From the human T2T-CHM13v2.0 reference genome, Homo sapiens, in assembly GCF_009914755.1 (NCBI RefSeq), contig NC_060938.1: DNA of 64,000 bases. The stretch is one strand, 5' to 3'. This document shows positions 60,600-64,000 of this stretch, piece by piece (position 1 is the first letter of the stretch; each line of letters opens with the position of its first letter). The translations under genes were made by a program, and so were the position numbers. Under the pieces are notes generated by a model that saw nothing but the letters and a program-made list of their open reading frames with translations, was not told where the DNA came from and searched no databases.

Positions 60600-61053
60600 T
60601 GAAAGCTAACATCGTGGATGCTGGTAGAAGACACAAAACTCCTGGATCAGAGATAAAAGACAGTTTATTTTCACAGCAGTAGTAGTAGCCATAATTTCAG
60701 GATTTTGTGTGTGTTTGCCAGTACACTGATCCCTAATTCTCACATGGTGACATGAAAGGCAAGATGGTACTTTGTGTGCAGTGAGTGTGGTTCAGAAAAA
60801 GACCCCTCAGTTTAGTATACCTTATCTCTTATAATGGGAAGTAAACATGCCTCCTTTTGTTCTGGAGAGATGTCCTAAATCTTTCAAGACTATAAGCAAA
60901 ACTTCCTGTAGATACAGAAGGAGCCACTATGTCTTTCAAAGTCATTTGCTATACGAACATTCTTGAAAAGATACTCTGAAACAAAGGGCAGTCTGTGCCC
61001 CACTTCACAAGACACAACAACACAAGAAACCTATGGATAATTGCTTCCCAACA
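60600..61053 (-). mobile_element. LTR40-like ERVL solo LTR
   Basis: Minus strand begins tgttgggaagcaattatccatagg...gactgccctttgtttcagagtatcttttcaagaatgttcgtatagc. Confidence 0.7.
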
Positions 61054-61218
61054 GTTTTAAGCCACAGAAAATCATGGTAATGTATATTCCAAGCTTATTT
61101 TTTGCCAATATAAATCTAAAAAATTTAGTCAGCTTTGTATATATTTGATTCCAGTCAGGCATATGTAGTAATAACCACAGAGATACTATCGAGTATATTT
61201 CTTTCATTGAATTAATAG

Positions 61219-61530
<312 letters not shown>

Positions 61531-61539
61531 ATGAATTTT

Positions 61540-62225
61540 ATGTGTAATAAATTTCACTGGTACTAATTGTTCATTTCAATTCTTTTTAATATTTTAATAC
61601 AGTTTTACAACCGTTACTGCAATATGTCTATTACCCCAGAGAGAAATTTCTTACCTATTTACATCCATTTCCCATTTTTACCCACAGCACTAGGCAACCA
61701 CTAATCAAATTGTCTCTTTTAATTTCCTTTCCTTAACATTTCATATAAATGGAATCATAAAATGAGTTATTTTGTGTTTGTGCACATTTATTTAACATAA
61801 TATTTTTGAGGTTCATTCATATTGTAGCATCTGTCCGTAATTAATTTTTTATCACCAAATAATATTCCATTGTATGTATATTCCACATGTGTTATCAGCT
61901 CACTAACTGATGGGTAATTATGTTGTTTTTACTTTTTGGTGATTGCCACTTGCGTACATATGGGTTTATTTTTGGGTTATCTATTCTTTTCCATTGGTTG
62001 ATGGGTCTGCTTTTATGAAATACCATGCTATAGCTCTGTATTATAATTTGAAATTAGGTAATGTAATTCCTCCAGTTTGATTCTTTTTTTAGGAGAGCTT
62101 TGGTTATTCTCAGTCTTTTGTGGTTCCATAAAAATTTTAAGTATTTTTTTATCTGTGAAAAATATCATTAGTGTTTTTATAAGGCTTTCATTGAATCTGT
62201 CGATTGCTTTGGGTAGTATGGACAT
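61540..62225 (-). mobile_element. L1M 3' end remnant joined to an L1 ORF2 fragment
   Basis: catttcatataaatggaatcata...; peptide MSILPKAIDRFNES. Confidence 0.7.
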
Positions 62226-64000
62226 TGATATGGTTTGGCTATGTCCCCACCCAAATCTCATCTTAAATTTCCATGTGTTGTGGGAGGGACTCAGTGGTAG
62301 GTAGTTGAATCATGAAGGCAGGTTGTTCCTGTGATGTTCTTGTTATAGTGAATGAGTCTCATGAGATCTGATGGTTTTAAAAAGGGGAGTTTCCCTGCAC
62401 GAGCTGTCTTCTCTTGTCTGCTGCCATGTGAGATGTGCCTTTCACCTTCCACCATGATCGTGAGGTCTCCCCAGCCATGTGAAACTGTAAGTCCAATAAA
62501 CCTCTTTTTTTTTTTTTTTTTTTTTTTTGGTAAATTCTCCTTTCTCAGTTATGTCTTTATCAACAGTGTGAAAACAGACTAATAGAGTAAATTGGTACCA
62601 GTAGAGTGGGGCACTGCTGAAAAGATACCCAAAAATGTGAAAGTGACTTTGGAACTGGGTAGCAGGCAGAAGTTGGAACAGTTTAGTGGGCTCAAAAGAA
62701 GACAGAAAAGTGTGGGAATGTTTGGAACTTCCTAGAGACTTGTTGAATAGCTTTGACAAAAATATTGATAGTGATAAGAACAATAGTCCAGGCTGAGGTG
62801 GACTCAGATGGAGATGAGGAACTTGTCTGGAGCTAGAGTAAAGTTGACTCCTGTTATGTTTTAGCAAAGAGACTGACAGTATTTTGCCCTACCCTAGAAA
62901 TCTGTGGAACTTTGAACTTGAGGGAGATGATTTAGGGTATTTGGCAGAAAAAATTTTTAAGCAGCAAAGCATTCAAGCGGGGACTTGGGTGCTGTTAAAG
63001 GCATTCAGTTTTATAAGGGAAGTAGAGCATAAAAGTTTGGAAGCTTTGCAGCCTTACAATGTAATGGAAAAGAAAATCCTGTGTTCTGAGAAGAAATTCA
63101 AGCTGGCTGCAGTAATTTGCATAAGTAATGAGGAACCAAATGTTAATCCCCCAAACAATGGGAAAAATGTCTCCAGAGCATGTCAGAGGTTTTCATGGCA
63201 GCCCCTCCAATCATAGGCCTGGAGGCCTAGGAAGAAAAAATGGTTGTGTGTGCTGGGCCCAGGGTCCCTGTGCTGTGTGTAGCCTAGGGACTTGGTGCCC
63301 TGAATCTCAGCCACTCCAGCCATGTCTGAAAGGGGCCATCATAAAGCTCAGGCCATGGCTTCAGAGAGTGCAAGCTCCAAGCCTTGGCAGCTTCCACATG
63401 GTGTTGAGCCTGTGAGTGCAGAGAAGTCAAGAATGAGGGTTTGGGAACCTCCACGTAGATTTCAGAGAATGTATGGAAATGCCTGGATGCCCAGGCAGAA
63501 GTTAGCTGCAGGGGGGAGGAGGTCCTCATGAAGAACTTCTGCTAGGCCAGTGCAGAAGGGTAATGTGGGGTGGGAACCCCCACACAGAGTCCCTACTGGG
63601 GGACCACCTAGTGGAGCTGTGAGAAGAGGGCCACCATCCTCCAGACCCCAGAATGGTAGATCCACCTACAGCTTGTACCATGCACCTGAAAAAGCCACAG
63701 ACACTCAATGCCAGCCCATAAAAGCAGCTGGGAGGGAGGCTGTACCCTGCAAAACCACAGAGGCAGAGCTGCCCAATACCATGTAAACCCACCTCTTGCA
63801 TTAGCATGACCTGGATGTGAGACTTGAAGTCAAAAGGGTTCATTTTGGAGCTTTAAGATTTGACTGCTCTGCTGGATTTTGGATTTGCATGGGAACTGTA
63901 GTTCCTTTGTATCAGCCAATTCCTCCCATTTGGAACAGCTGTATTTACCCAATGCCTGTACCACCATTGTATCTGGGAAGTAACTAACTTGCTTTTGATT
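62226..64000 (+). mobile_element. THE1A/B-like MaLR element: 5'LTR 62226-62586 plus internal region, cut by the window end
   Basis: tgatatggtttggctatgtccccacccaaatc...aataga, then gtaaattggtaccagtagagtgggg; MaLR ORF remnant PRNLWNFELEGDDLGYLAE. Confidence 0.93.

Overview
Primate (human-like) AT-rich, gene-poor genomic DNA made mostly of retroelements. It holds nested L1 remnants of several ages, 11 Alu copies or fragments, two THE1 MaLR elements, MST/MLT/ERVL LTRs, MIR/L2, a MADE1 MITE and hAT remnants. I see no intact protein-coding gene, tRNA/rRNA or CRISPR array, and nearly all listed ORFs are repeat-derived. The most notable block is 43305-47272: an LTR-less HERV-K (HML-5-like) gag-pro-pol fragment fused tail-to-tail to a 14-3-3 theta (YWHAQ) processed pseudogene whose 3'UTR is cut at the junction. 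The window also has several locally templated, inverted or patchwork insertions (about 20.4-20.9, 28.5-30.0 and 53.9-55.3 kb), three inverted L1s, perfect tandem duplications and one exon-like orphan segment (21868-22090). I found no evidence of a new functional biological system; the signals are mostly fossils of DNA repair and retrotransposition. Subfamily names come from recalled consensus sequences, and boundaries of old repeats are approximate.
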